A DNA stretch of 64,000 bases from Eledone cirrhosa (GCA_964016885.1 OZ024764.1:2604001-2668000), one strand, 5' to 3'; positions 1 through 13,649 are shown, counted from the first letter of the stretch. The notes: generated by a model not told the origin, from the sequence alone. Numbers and translations: made by a program.

Positions 1-3000
1 ACTGTGTGTCAGTGTATGTGTGTGACTGTGTCAGTGTATGTATGTGTGTGACTGTGTCAGTGTATGTGTGTGACTGTGTGTCAGTGTATGTGTGTGAATG
101 TGTGTCAGTGTATGTGTGTGACTGTGTGTCAGTGTATGTGTGTGACTGTGTGTCAGTGTATGTGTGTGACTGTGTGTCAGTGTATGTGTGTGACTGTGTG
201 TCAGTGTATGTGTGTGACTGTGTGTCAGTGTATCTATGTGTGTGACTGTGTCAGTGTATGCGTGTGACTGTGTGTCAGTGTATGTGTGTGACTGTGTCAG
301 TGTATGTGTGTGACTGTGTGTCAGTGTATGTGTGTGTGTGACTGTGTCAGTGTATGTGTGTGACTGTGTGTCAGTGTATGTGTGTGACTGTGTGTCAGTG
401 TATGTGTGTGACTGTGTCAGTGTATGTGTGTGACTGTGTCAGTGTATGTGTGTGACTGTGTGTCAGTGTATGTGTGTGACTGTGTCAGTGTATGTGTGTG
501 ACTGTGTGTCAGTGTATGTGTGTGACTGTGTGTCAGTGTATGTGTGTGACTGTGTGTCAGTGTATGTGTGTGACTGTGTCAGTGTATGTGTGTGTCTGTG
601 TCAGTGTATGTGTGTGACTGTGTGTCAGTGTATGTGTGTGACTGTGTGTCAGTGTATGTGTGTGACTGTGTCAGTGTATGTGTGTGACTGTGTGTCAGTG
701 TATGTGTGTGACTGTGTGTCAGTGTATGTGTGTGACTGTGTGTCAGTGTATGTGTGTGACTGTGTGTCAGTGTATCTGTGTGACTGTGTGTCAGTGTATG
801 TGTGTGACTGTGTGTCAGTGTATTTGTGTGACTGTGTCAGTGTATGTGTGTGACTGTGTGTCAGTGTATGTGTGTGACTGTGTCAGTGTATGTGTGTGAC
901 TGTGTGTCAGTGTATGTGTGTGACTGTGTGTCAGTGTATGTGTGTGACTGTGTCAGTGTATGTGTGTGACTGTGTCAGTGTATGTGTGTGACTGTGTGTC
1001 AGTGTATGTGTGTGACTGTGTGTCAGTGTATGTGTGTGACTGTGTCAGTGTATGTGTGTGACTGTGTCAGTGTATGTGTGTGACTGTGTGTCAGTGTATG
1101 TGTGTGACTGTGTGTCAGTGTATGTGTGTGACTGTGTCAGTGTATGTGTGTGACTGTGTGTCAGTGTATGTGTGTGACTGTGTCAGTGTATGTGTGTGAC
1201 TGTGTGTCAGTGTATGTGTGTGACTGTGTCAGTGTATGTGTGTGACTGTGTGTCAGTGTATGTGTGTGACTGTGTGTCAGTGTATGTGTGTGACTGTGTC
1301 AGTGTATGTGTGTGACTGTGTGTCAGTGTATATGTGTGACTGTGTGTCAGTGTATGTGTGTGACTGTGTCAGTGTATGTGTGTGACTGTGTCAGTGTATG
1401 CCTGTGACTGTGTCAGTGTATGTGTGTGACTGTGTGTCAGTGTATGTGTGTGACTGTGTGTCAGTGTATGTGTGTGGCTGTCAGTGTATGTGTGTGACTG
1501 TGTCAGTGTATGTGTGTGACTGTGTGTCAGTGTATGTATGTGACTGTGTGTTAGTGTATGTGTGTGACTGTGTGTCAGTGTATGTGTGTGGCTGTCAGTG
1601 TATGTGTGTGTCTGTGTCAGTGTATGTGTGTGACTGTGTGTCAGTGTATGTGTGTGACTGTGTCAGTGTATGTGTGTGACTGTGTGTCAGTGTATATGTG
1701 TGACTGTGTGTCAGTGTATGTGTGTGACTGTGTCAGTGTATGTGTGTGTGTGACTGTGTGTCAGTGTATGTGTGTGACTGTGTCAGTGTATGTGTGTGAC
1801 TGTGTGTCAGTGTATGTGTGTGACTGTGTGTCAGTGTATGTGTGTGACTGTCTGTCAGTGTATGTGTGTGACTGTGTGTCAGTGTATGTGTGTGACTGTG
1901 TCAGTGTATGTGTGTGACTGTGTGTCAGTGTATGTGTGTGACTGTGTCAGTGTATGTGTGTGACTGTGTGTCAGTGTATGTGTGTGACTGTGTCAGTGTA
2001 TGTGTGTGACTGTGTGTCAGTGTATGTGTGTGACTGTGTGTCAGTGTATGTGTGTGACTGTGTGTCAGTGTATGTGTGTGACTGTGTGTCAGTGTATGTG
2101 TGTGACTGTGTGTCAGTGTATGTGTGTGACTGTGTGTCAGTGTATGTGTGTGACTGTGTGTCAGTGTATGTGTGTGACTGTGTGTCAGTGTATGTGTGTG
2201 ACTGTGTCAGTGTATGTGTGTGACTGTGTGTCAGTGTATGTGTGTGACTGTGTCAGTGTATGTGTGTGACTGTGTGTCAGTGTATGTGTGTGACTGTGTG
2301 TCAGTGTATGTGTGTGACTGTGTGTCAGTGTATGTGTGTGACTGTGTGTCAGTGTATGTGTGTGACTGTGTGTCAGTGTATGTGTGTGACTGTGTGTCAA
2401 TGTATGTGTGTGACTGTGTGTCAGTGTATGTGTGTGACTGTGTCAGTGTATGTGTGTGACTGTGTGTCAGTGTATGTGTGTGACTGTGTCAGTGTATGTG
2501 TGTGACTGTGTGTCAGTGTATGTGTGTGACTGTGTCAGTGTATGTGTGTGACTGTGTCAGTGTATGTGTGTGACTGTGTCAGTGTATGTGTGTGACTGTG
2601 TCAGTGTATGTGTGTGGCTGTGTGTCAGTGTATGTGTGTGACTGTGTGTCAGTGTATGTGTGAGTCTGTGTCAGTGTATGTGTGTGACTGTGTGTCAGTG
2701 TATGTGTGTGACTGTGTGTCAGTGTATGTGTGTGACTGTGTCAGTGTATGTGTGTGACTGTGTGTCAGTGTATGTGTGTGACTGTGTGTCAGTGTGTGTG
2801 TGTGACTGTGTGTCAGTGTATGTGTGTGACTGTGTGTCAGTGTATGTGTGTGACTGTGTCAGTGTATGTGTGTGACTGTGTGTCAGTGTATGTGTGTGAC
2901 TGTGTCAGTGTATGTGTGTGACTGTGTCAGTGTATGTGTGTGACTGTGTGTCAGTGTGTGTGTGTGACTGTGTGTCAGTGTATGCGTGTGACTGTGTCAG

Positions 3001-6000
3001 TGTATGTGTGTGTCTGTGTCAGTGTATGTATGTGACTGTGTGTCAGTGTATGTGTGTGACTGTGTGTCAGTGTATGTGTGTGACTGTGTGTCAGTGTATG
3101 TGTGTGACTGTGTGTCAGTGTATGTGTGTGACTGTGTGTCAGTGTACGTGTGTGACTGTGTCAGTGTATGTGTGTGTCTGTGTCAGTGTATGTATGTGAC
3201 TGTGTGTCAGTGTATGTGTGTGACTGTGTGTCAGTGTATGTGTGTGACTGTGTGTCAGTGTATGTGTGTGACTGTGTCAGTGTATGTGTGTGACTGTGTC
3301 AGTGTATGTGTGTGACTGTGTGTCAGTGTATGTGTGTGACTGTGTGTCAGTGTATGTGTGTGACTGTGTCAGTGTATGTGTGTGACTGTGTCAGTGTATG
3401 TGTGTGACTGTGTCAGTGTATGTGTGTGACTGTGTGTCAGTGTATGTGTGTGACTGTGTGTCAGTGTATGTGTGTGACTGTGTCAGTGTATGTGTGTGAC
3501 TGTGTGTCAGTGTATGCGTGTGACTGTGTCAGTGTATGTGTGTGACTGTGTGTCAGTGTATGTGTGTTACTGTGTGTCAGTGTATGTGTGTGACTGTGTC
3601 AGTGTATGTGTGTGACTGTGTCAGTGTATGTGTGTGACTGTGTGTCAGTGTATGTGTGTGACTGTGTGTCAGTGTATGTGTGTGACTGTGTGTCAGTGTA
3701 TGTGTGTGACTGTGTCGGTGTATGTGTGTGACTGTGTGTCAGTGTATGTGTGTGTCAGTGTATGTGTGTGACTGTGTGTCAGTGTATGTGTGTGACTGTG
3801 TGTCAGTGTGTGTGTGTGACTGTGTATCAGTGTATGTGTGTGACTGTGTGTCAGTGTATGTGTGTGACTGTGTCAGTGTATGTGTGTGACTGTGTCAGTG
3901 TATGTGTGTGACTGTGTGTCAGTGTGTGTGTGTGACTGTGTGTCAGTGTATGTGTGTGACTGTGTGTCAGTGTATGTGTGTGACTGTGTCAGTGTATGTG
4001 TGTGACTGTGTGTCAGTGTATGTGTGTGACTGTGTCAGTGTATGTGTGTGACTGTGTGTCAGTGTATGTGTGTGACTGTGTGTCAGTGTATGTGTGTGAC
4101 TGTGTCAGTGTATGTGTGTGACTGTGTCAGTGTATGTGTGTGACTGTGTGTCAGTGTATGTGTGTGACTGTGTGTCAGTGTATGTGTGTGACTGTGTCAG
4201 TGTATGTGTGTGACTGTGTCAGTGTATGTGTGTGACTGTAGTGTCAGTGTATGTGTGTGACTGTGTGTCAGTGTATGTGTGACTGTGTCAGTGTATGTGT
4301 GTGACTGTGTCAGTGTATGTGTGTGACTGTGTGTCAGTGTATGTATGTGACTGTGTCAGTGTATGTGTGTGACTATGTGTCAGTGTGTGTGTGTGACTGT
4401 GTGTCAGTGTATGTGTGTGACTGTGTGTCAGTGTATGTGTGTGACTGTGTGTCAGTGTGTGTGTGTGACTGTGTGTCAGTGTGTGTGTGTGACTGTGTGT
4501 CAGTGTATGTGTGTGACTGTGTGTCAGTGTGTGTGTGTGACTGTGTGTCAGTGTGTGTGTGTGACTGTGTGTCAGTGTATGTGTGTGACTGTGTGTCAGT
4601 GTATGTGTGTGACTGTGTCAGTGTATGTGTGTGACTGTGTGTCAGTGTATGTGTGTGACTGTGTCAGTGTATGTGTGTGACTGTGTGTCAGTGTATGTGT
4701 GTGACTGTGTCAGTGTATGTGTGTGACTGTGTGTCAGTGTATGTGTGTGACTGTGTGTCAGTGTATGTGTGTGACTGTGTGTCAGTGTATGTGTGTGACT
4801 GTGTGTCAGTGTATGTGTGTGACTGTGTGTCAGTGTATGTGTGTGACTGTGTCAGTGTATGTGTGTGACTGTGTCAGTGTATGTGTGTGACTGTGTGTCA
4901 GTGTATGTGTGTGACTGTGTGTCAGTGTATGTGTGTGACTGTGTGTCAGTGTATGTGTGTGACTGTGTCAGTGTATGTATGTAACTGTGTGTCAGTGTAT
5001 GTGTGTGACTGTGTGTCAGTGTATGTGTGTGACTGTGTCAGTGTATGTGTGTGACTGTGTCAGTGTATGTGTGTGACTGTGTGTCAGTGTATGTGTGTGA
5101 CTGTGTGTCAGTGTATGTGTGTGACTGTGTGTCAGTGTATGTGTGTGACTGTGTCAGTGTATGTGTGTGACTGTGTGTCAGTGTATGTGTGTGACTGTGT
5201 GTCAGTGTATGTGTGTGGCTGTCAGTGTATGTGTGTGACTGTGTGTCAGTGTATGTATGTGACTGTGTGTCAGTGTATGTGTGTGACTGTGTGTCAGTGT
5301 ATGTGTGTGACTGTGTCAGTGTATGTGTGTGACTGTGTCAGTGTATGTGTGTGACTGTGTGTCAGTGTATGTGTGTGACTGTGTGTCAGTGTACGTGTGT
5401 GACTGTGTCAGTGTATGTGTGTGTCTGTGTCAGTGTATGTGTGTGACTGTGTCAGTGTATGCCTGTGACTGTGTCTGTATGTGTGTGACTGTGTGTCAGT
5501 GTATGTGTGTGACTGTGTGTCAGTGTATGTGTGTGACTGTGTGTCAGTGTATGTGTGTGACTGTGTCAGTGTATGTGTGTGACTGTGTGTCAGTGTATGC
5601 ATGTGACTGTGTGTCAGTGTATGTATGTGTGTGACTGTGTGTCAGTGTATGTGTGTGACTGTGTGTCAGTGTATGTGTGTGACTGTGTGTCAGTGTATGT
5701 GTGTGACTGTGTCAGTGTATGTGTGTGTCTGTGTCAGTGTATGTATGTGACTGTGTGTCAGTGTATGTGTGTGACTGTGTGTCAGTGTATGTGTGTGACT
5801 GTGTCAGTGTATGTGTGTGACTGTGTGTCAGTGTATGTGTGTGACTGTGTGTCAGTGTATGTGTGTGACTGTGTCAGTGTATGTGTGTGACTGTGTCAGT
5901 GTATGTGTGTGACTGTGTGTCAGTGTATGTGTGTGACTGTGTCAGTGTATGTGTGTGACTGTGTGTCAGTGTATGTGTGTGACTGTGTGTCAGTGTATGT

Positions 6001-7281
6001 GTGTGACTGTGTGTCAGTGTATGTGTGTGACTGTGTCAGTGTATGTGTGTGTCTGTGTCAGTGTATGTATGTGACTGTGTGTCAGTGTATGTGTGTGACT
6101 GTGTGTCAGTGTATGTGTGTGACTGTGTCAGTGTATGTGTGTGACTGTGTTTCAGTGTATGTGTGTGACTGTGTGTCAGTGTATGTGTGTGACTGTGTCA
6201 GTGTATGTGTGTGACTGTGTCAGTGTATGTGTGTGACTGTGTCAGTGTATGTGTGTGACTGTGTGTCAGTGTATGTGTGTGACTGTGTCAGTGTATGTGT
6301 GTGACTGTGTGTCAGTGTATGTGTGTGACTGTGTCAGTGTATGTGTGTGACTGTGTGTCAGTGTATGTGTGTGACTGTGTCAGTGTATGCCTGTGACTCT
6401 GTGTCAGTGTATGTGTGTGACTGTGTGTCAGTGTATGTGTGTGACTGTGTGTCAGTGTATGCCTGTGACTGTGTGTCAGTGTATGTGTGTGACTGCGTCA
6501 GTGTATGTGTGTGACTGTGTGTCAGTGTATGTGTGTGACTGTGTCAGTGTATGTGTGTGACTGTGTGTCAGTGTATGTGTGTGACTGTGTGTCAGTGTAT
6601 GTATGTGACTGTGTGTCAGTGTATGTGTGTGACTGTGTGTCAGTGTATGTGTGTGACTGTGTCAGTGTATGTGTGTGACTGTGTCAGTGTATGTGTGTGA
6701 CTGTGTGTCAGTGTATGTGTGTGACTGTGTGTCAGTGTACGTGTGTGACTGTGTCAGTGTATGTGTGTGTCTGTGTCAGTGTATGTATGTGACTGTGTGT
6801 CAGTGTATGTGTGTGACTGTGTGTCAGTGTATGTGTGTGACTGTGTGTCAGTGTATGTGTGTGACTGTGTCAGTGTATGTGTGTGACTGTGTGTCAGTGT
6901 ATGTGTGTGTGTGACTGTGTGTCAGTGTATGTGTGTGACTGTGTGTCAGTGTATGTGTGTGACTGTGTGTCAGTGTATGTGTGTGACTGTGTCAGTGTAT
7001 GTGTGTGACTGTGTGTCAGTGTATGCATGTGACTGTGTGTCAGTGTATGTATGTGTGTGACTGTGTGTCAGTGTATGTGTGTGACTGTGTCAGTGTATGT
7101 GTGTGACTGTGTCAGTGTATGTGTGTGACTGTGTCAGTGTATGTGTGTCTGTGTCAGTGTATGTATGTGACTGTGTGTCAGTGTATGTGTGTGACTGTGT
7201 GTCAGTGTATGTGTGTGACTGTGTCAGTGTATGTGTGTGACTGTGTGTCAGTGTATGTGTGTGACTGTCAGTGTATGTGTG
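1..7281. repeat. 22/24-bp (TG)-rich minisatellite GTGTATGTGTGTGACTGT(GT)GTCA, ~300 units, intronic, truncated by window start
   Basis: Directly visible; units alternate irregularly between TGACTGTGTCA and TGACTGTGTGTCA. All C/V-rich ORFs here are by-products. Confidence 0.97.
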
Positions 7282-7308
7282 AGATGAGGTTCTTTACACG
7301 GTACTCAC

Positions 7309-7360
7309 GTCCAATTTCAGATGTGATGGGTCGTTCGTCGTCGGGAAGGCCAGAGTTAAC
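7309..7360 (-). CDS. CENPJ: Coding exon (52 nt, phase 0->1) VNSGLPDDERPITSEIG of a CENPJ/SAS-4-like gene
   Basis: tttatttcAG acceptor and GTGAGT donor; in frame with exon 11611-10994; DDERPI..IG resembles the EERPIKAAIG segment that begins the tubulin-binding PN2-3 region of human CENPJ (recalled, not aligned). Confidence 0.65.
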
Positions 7361-7439
7361 CTGAAATAAAGTGGTAGTAGTTGCAGTAGGAATAGTATTG
7401 TACATCAATACTCATCCTTTTCCATTTTTAAAGGGTTTT

Positions 7440-10400
7440 AAACAACACCCAGTCCACACTGTGAAGTGGTCATGTAGGTGTCACAACAAACAACACCCAG
7501 TCCACACTGTAAAGTGGTCATGTAGGTGTCACAACATAAAATATCCAGTCCACACTGTAAAGTGGTCATGTAGGTGTCACAACAAAAAGTACCCAGTCCA
7601 CACTGTAAAGTGGTCATGTAGGTGTCACAACAAAAAGCACCCAGTCCACACTGTAAAGTGGTCATGTAGGTGTCACAACAAAAAGCACCCAGTCCACACT
7701 GTAAAGTGGTCATGTAGGTCTCACAACAAAAAGCACCCAGTCCACACTGTAAAGTGGTCATGTAGGTGTCACAACAAAAAGCACCCAGTCCACACTGTAA
7801 AGTGGTCATGTAGGTGTCACAACAAAAGGCACCCAGTCCACACTGTAAAGTGGTCATGTAGGTGTCACAACATAAAATATCCAGTCCACACTGTAAAGTG
7901 GTCATGTAGGCAACAAACAACACCCAGTCCACACTGTAAAGTGGTCATGTAGGTGTCACAACAAAAAGCACCCAGTCCACACTGTAAAGTGGTCATGTAG
8001 GTGTCACAACAAACAACACCCAGTCCACACTGTAAAGTGGTCATGTAGGTGTCACAACATAAAATATCCAGTCCACACTGTAAAGTGGTCATGTAGGTGT
8101 CACAACAAAAAGTACCCAGTCCACACTGTAAAGTGGTCATGTAGGTGTCACAACAAAAAGCACCCAGTCCACACTGTAAAGTGGTCATGTAGGTGTCACA
8201 ACAAAAAGCACCCAGTCCACACTGTAAAGTGGTCATGTAGGTCTCACAACAAAAAGCACCCAGTCCACACTGTAAAGTGGTCATGTAGGTGTCACAACAA
8301 AAAGCACCCAGTCCACACTGTAAAGTGGTCATGTAGGTCTCACAACAAAAAGCACCCAGTCCACACTGTAAAGTGGTCATGTAGGTGTCACAACAAAAAG
8401 TACCTAGTCCACACTGTAAAGTGGTCATGTAGGTCTCACAACAAAAAGTACCCAGTCCACACTGTAAAGTGGTCATGTAGGTGTCACAACAAAAAGCACC
8501 CAGTCCACACTGTAAAGTGGTCATGTAGGTGTCACAACAAAAAGTACCCAGTCCACACTGTAAAGTGGTCATGTAGGTGTCACAACAAAAAGCACCCAGT
8601 CCACACTGTAAAGTGGTCATGTAGGTGTCACAACAAAAGGCACCCAGTCCACACTGTAAAGTGGTCATGTAGGTGTCACAACAAAAAGCACCCAGTCCAC
8701 ACTGTAAAGTGGTCATGTAGGTGTCACAACAAAAAGCACCCAGTCCACACTGTAAAGTGGTCATGTAGGTGTCACAACAAAAAGCACCCAGTCCACACTG
8801 TAAAGTGGTCATGTAGGTCTCACAACAAAAAGCACCCAGTCCACACTGTAAAGTGGTCATGTAGGTGTCACAACAAAAAGTACCTAGTCCACACTGTAAA
8901 GTGGTCATGTAGGTCTCACAACAAAAAGTACCCAGTCCACACTGTAAAGTGGTCATGTAGGTGTCACAACAAAAAGCACCCAGTCCACACTGTAAAGTGG
9001 TCATGTAGGTGTCACAACAAAAAGTACCCAGTCCACACTGTAAAGTGGTCATGTAGGTGTCACAACAAAAAGCACCCAGTCCACACTGTAAAGTGGTCAT
9101 GTAGGTGTCACAACAAAAGGCACCCAGTCCACACTGTAAAGTGGTCATGTAGGTGTCACAACAAAAAGCACCCAGTCCACACTGTAAAGTGGTCATGTAG
9201 GTGTCACAACAAAAAGTACCCAGTCCACACTGTAAAGTGGTCATGTAGGTGTCACAACAAAAAGTACCCAGTCCACACTGTAAAGTGGTCATGTAGGTGT
9301 CACAACAAAAAGTACCCAGTCCACACTGTAAAGTGGTCATGTAGGTGTCACAACAAAAAGCACCCAGTCCACACTGTAAAGTGGTCATGTAGGTCTCACA
9401 ACAAAAAGCACCCAGTCCACACTGTAAAGTGGTCATGTAGGTGTCACAACAAAAGGCACCCAGTCCACACTGTAAAGTGGTCATGTAGGTGACACAACAA
9501 AAAGCACCCAGTCCACACTGTAAAGTGGTCATGTAGGTGTCACAACAAAAGGCACCCAGTCCACACTGTAATGTGGTCATGTAGGTCTCACAACAAAAAG
9601 CACCCAGTCCACACTGTAAAGTGGTCATGTAGGTGTCACAACAAAAGGCACCCAGTCCACACTGTAAAGTGGTCATGTAGGTGTCACAACAAAAGGCACC
9701 CAGTCCACACTGTAAAGTGGTCATGTAGGTGTCACAACAAAAGGCACCCAGTCCACACTGTAAAGTGGTCATGTAGGTGTCACAACAAAAGGCACCCAGT
9801 CCACACTGTAAAGTGGTCATGTAGGTGTCACAACAAAAAGCACCCAGTCCACACTGTAAAGTGGTCATGTAGGTGTCACAACAAAAGGCACCCAGTCCAC
9901 ACTGTAAAGTGGTCATGTAGGTGTCACAACAAAAAGCACCCAGTCCACACTGTAAAGTGGTCATGTAGGTCTCACAACAAAAAGCACCCAGTCCACACTG
10001 TAAAGTGGTCATGTAGGTGTCACAACAAAAAGTACCTAGTCCACACTGTAAAGTGGTCATGTAGGTCTCACAACAAAAAGTACCCAGTCCACACTGTAAA
10101 GTGGTCATGTAGGTGTCACAACAAAAAGCACCCAGTCCACACTGTAAAGTGGTCATGTAGGTGTCACAACAAAAAGTACCCAGTCCACACTGTAAAGTGG
10201 TCATGTAGGTGTCACAACAAAAAGCACCCAGTCCACACTGTAAAGTGGTCATGTAGGTGTCACAACAAAAGGCACCCAGTCCACACTGTAAAGTGGTCAT
10301 GTAGGTGTCACAACAAAAAGCACCCAGTCCACACTGTAAAGTGGTCATGTAGGTGTCACAACAAAAAGCACCCAGTCCACACTGTAAAGTGGTCATGTAG

Positions 10401-10780
10401 GTGTCACAACAAAAAGCACCCAGTCCACACTGTAAAGTGGTCATGTAGGTCTCACAACAAAAAGCACCCAGTCCACACTGTAAAGTGGTCATGTAGGTGT
10501 CACAACAAAAAGTACCTAGTCCACACTGTAAAGTGGTCATGTAGGTGTCACAACAAAAAGTACCCAGTCCACACTGTAAAGTGGTCATGTAGGTGTCACA
10601 ACAAAAAGTACCCAGTCCACACTGTAAAGTGGTCATGTAGGTGTCACAACAAAAAGCACCCAGTCCACACTGTAAAGTGGTCATGTAGGTGTCACAACAA
10701 AAAGTACCCAGTCCACACTGTAAAGTGGTCATGTAGGTGTCACAACAAAAAGCACCCAGTCCACACTGTAAAGTGGTCAT
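7440..10780 (+). repeat. 48-bp tandem array (~70 units) made of an internal SINE segment
   Basis: Unit CACCCAGTCCACACTGTAAAGTGGTCATGTAGGTGTCACAACAAAAAG; runs directly into the SINE body at ~10781. Confidence 0.95.
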
Positions 10781-10975
10781 ACAAAAAGCACACAGTCTAC
10801 ATTGTAAATGTCGTTGGTGCTAGGAAGGGCATCCAGCCTTAGAAAACCAGCCAGAAACACCCCTATATGAGCGAGACATGGTCACCTGACCCAACATGCC
10901 TCTAAATGGGACCTGTCTAACCCATGCTAACGTGGAAGACAGATGTTAATCGACGACGATGATGATGATGATGAT
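10781..10975 (+). mobile_element. SINE 3' half (GTTGGTG.TAGGAAGGGCATCCAGC core, CCCATGCTAGC-type end, (GAT)n tail)
   Basis: Same core and tail recur at 13280-13437, 19360-19512, 19610-19790 and, inverted, at 14775-14935 and 15735-15900. Confidence 0.8.
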
Positions 10976-10993
10976 AAGACAAACAATACTCAC

Positions 10994-11611
10994 ATTAGCA
11001 GCTTGATTATCTTCCGTACTCAGATCAACCGTTGAAGAGGTCATATCAGGAGACTCTTCAACATCTTCAACAACACAAATCCCTTCATCATTGCCCCGAT
11101 CGTTGTCCTCACCATGAGGTTGGGGTGGCTTATCCTCACTTCTGATACGAGGACCAGGGTTGCTTTCATTATAAAAATCTTCATCCCCTTTGCTACAAGG
11201 AGCAGTGTTTGTTTTATCATATGAACCCTCATCCCCTCTTCTACGAGGAGCAGTTATGTTTTCACTATAGTTATCTCCATCCCCCTTGCTACAGGAAGCA
11301 GTGTTGTTTTGGTTGTAAAAATCCCTGTCTTCTCTGCTATGAGGGGCAGTGTAGTTTCTCCCACAGGAAACCTCGTTCTCTCTGCTATGAAGAGCAGCGT
11401 AGTTTCTCCCACAGGAACCCTTGTTCTCTCTGCTATGTGGGGCAGCGGTAGGGGTGTTATTTTGGTCCCAATGATCCTCATCTTCCCCTTTATTACGGCC
11501 ACACTGTCCTTCATCACAGCCAACGACCTCAGACAACATGTGAAAGCCATCCAGCTTTTGTCCAGTACTTGGAGAATATTCATCTTCGGAATTTGATATC
11601 ATCTCGTCAAC
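10994..11611 (-). CDS. CENPJ: Coding exon (618 nt, phase 0->0) VDEMISNSEDEY...EDNQAAN, acidic low-complexity linker with 16-aa degenerate repeats
   Basis: cttcatttttccAG acceptor, GTGAGT donor, open for 206 codons (within ORF 10946..11701), phase-compatible with both neighbouring exons. Confidence 0.75.
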
Positions 11612-11719
11612 CTGGAAAAATGAAGAGTAAAAAAAATAATAAAAAAAAAGACCAACAATATATTTAATCTGATGAAGAAAGGCTGATGTCTGAAACATCA
11701 AGAATATTTACCTTCAATG

Positions 11720-13279
11720 TGTAGGTGTCACGACAAAAAACACACACAGTCCACGCTGTAATGTAGTCGTGTAGGTAACTCGGTAAAAAGGCTCCCAGTC
11801 CACACTGTAATGTGGTCGTGTAGGTAACATGGTAAAAAGGCTCCCAGTCCACACTGTAAAGTGGTCATGTAGGAGACACGGTAAAAAGGCTCCCAGTCCA
11901 CACTGTAAAGTGGTCATGTAGGAGACACAGTAAAAAGGCTCCCAGTCCACACTGTAAAGTGGTCATGTCGGTAACACAGTAAAAAGGCTCCCAGTCCACA
12001 CTGTAAAGTGGTCGTGTAGGAGACACGGTAAAAAGGCTCCCAGTCCACACTGTAAAGTGGTCATGTAGGAGACACAGTAAAAAGGCTCCCAGTCCACACT
12101 GTAAAGTGGTCATGTAGGAGACACAGTAAAAAGGCTCCCAGTCCACACTGTAAAGTGGTCATGTAGGTAACGCAGTAAAAAGGCTCCCAGTCCACACTGT
12201 AAAGTGGTCATGTAGGTAACACAGTAAAAAGGCTCCCAGTCCACACTGTAAAGTGGTCATGTAGGTAACACAGTAAAAAGGCTCCCAGTCCACACTGTAA
12301 AGTGGTCATGTAGGTAACACAGTAAAAAGGCTCCCAGTCCACACTGTAAAGTGGTCATGTAGGTAACTCGGTAAAAAGGCTCCCAGTCCACACTGTAAAG
12401 TGGCCGTATAGGTAACACGGTAAAAAGGCTCCCAGTCCACACTGTAAAGTGGCCGTGTAGGTAACAGTAAAAAGGCTCTCAGTCCACACTGTAAAGTGGT
12501 CATGTAGGTAACTCGGTAAAAAGGCTCCCAGTCCACACTGTAAAGTGGCCGTATAGGTAACACGGTAAAAAGGCTCCCAGTCCACACTGTAAAGTGGTCA
12601 TGGAGGTAACACAGTAAAAAGGCTCCCAGTCCACACTGTAAAGTGGTCATGTAGGTAACACAGTAAAAAGGCTCCCAGTCCACACTGTAAAGTGGTCATG
12701 TAGGAGACACAGTAAAAAGGCTCCCAGTCCACACTGTAAAGTGGTCATGTAGGTAACACAGTAAAAAGGCTCCCAGTCCACACTGTAAAGTGGTCATGGA
12801 GGTAACTCGGTAAAAAGGCTCCTAGTCCACACTGTAAAGTGGTCATGTAGGTAACACAGTAAAAAGGCTCCCAGTCCACACTGTAAAGTGGTCATGGAGG
12901 TAACTCAGTAAAAAGGCTCCTAGTCCACACTGTAAAGTGGTCATGTAGGTAACACAGTAAAAAGGCTCCCAGTCCACACTGTAAAGTGGTCATGTAGGAT
13001 ACACAGTAAAAAGGCTCCCAGTCCACACTGTAAAGTGGTCATGTCGGTAACACAGTAAAAAGGCTCCCAGTCCACACTGTAAAGTGGTCATGTAGGAGAC
13101 ACAGTAAAAAGGCTCCCAGTCCACACTGTAAAGTGGTCATGTAGGTAACACAGTAAAAAGGCTCCCAGTCCACACTGTAAAGTGGTCATGTAGGTAACAC
13201 AGTAAAAAGGCTCCCAGTCCACACTGTAAAGTGGTCATGGAGGTAACTCGGTAAAAAGGCTCCCAGTCCACACTGTAAA
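11720..13279 (+). repeat. 49-bp tandem array (~31 units), same SINE segment as 7440-10780 but a different variant
   Basis: Unit AAAAAGGCTCCCAGTCCACACTGTAAAGTGGTCATGTAGGTAACACAGT; continues into the SINE 3' half at 13280-13437. Confidence 0.95.
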
Positions 13280-13589
13280 CGTGATTGGTGTTAGGAAGGG
13301 CATCCAGCCGTAGAAAACCTGCCAGATAGGCCTATACGAGCGAGACACGGTGACCCGACCAATCTTGCCTCAAGTGGGACAATTCCCATCTAACCCTTGC
13401 TAGCGTGGAAGATAGATGTTAAACGATGATGATGATGTATATATGGTCACATAGCTCCTGAGGGAGTTGTAGGGGTGCTGTTGTGGCATACTGTGTTTCT
13501 GGGTTATTTCTAAAGCTCAGTGGAACCCATCTCCTCTCCAGACCTGAATACAGCAGATCTCCTCCAGAGAAGTACAGTATACTGCTTAC

Positions 13590-13628
13590 CTGCCAACTGT
13601 CAGAGCTAGTGAATATATATGATATATT
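13590..13628 (-). CDS. Candidate 39-nt in-frame small exon NISYIFTSSDSWQ (phase 0->0)
   Basis: tatatttcAG acceptor and strong CAG|GTAAGC donor; inclusion or skipping both keep the frame between exons 17531-17422 and 11611-10994. No homology support. Confidence 0.4.
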
Positions 13629-13649
13629 CTGAAATATACAGTGACTGAT

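Noticed and set aside
6-7364. Cys/Val-rich ORFs resembling metallothionein-type peptides
   Set aside because: Translations of a (TG)-rich minisatellite.
7865-10842. 971-aa and 423-aa Cys/His-rich repeat ORFs (also 17759-19363)
   Set aside because: The 48-bp unit is a multiple of 3 and lacks stops by chance; it is SINE-derived and intronic, and the 49-bp sister array breaks the frame.
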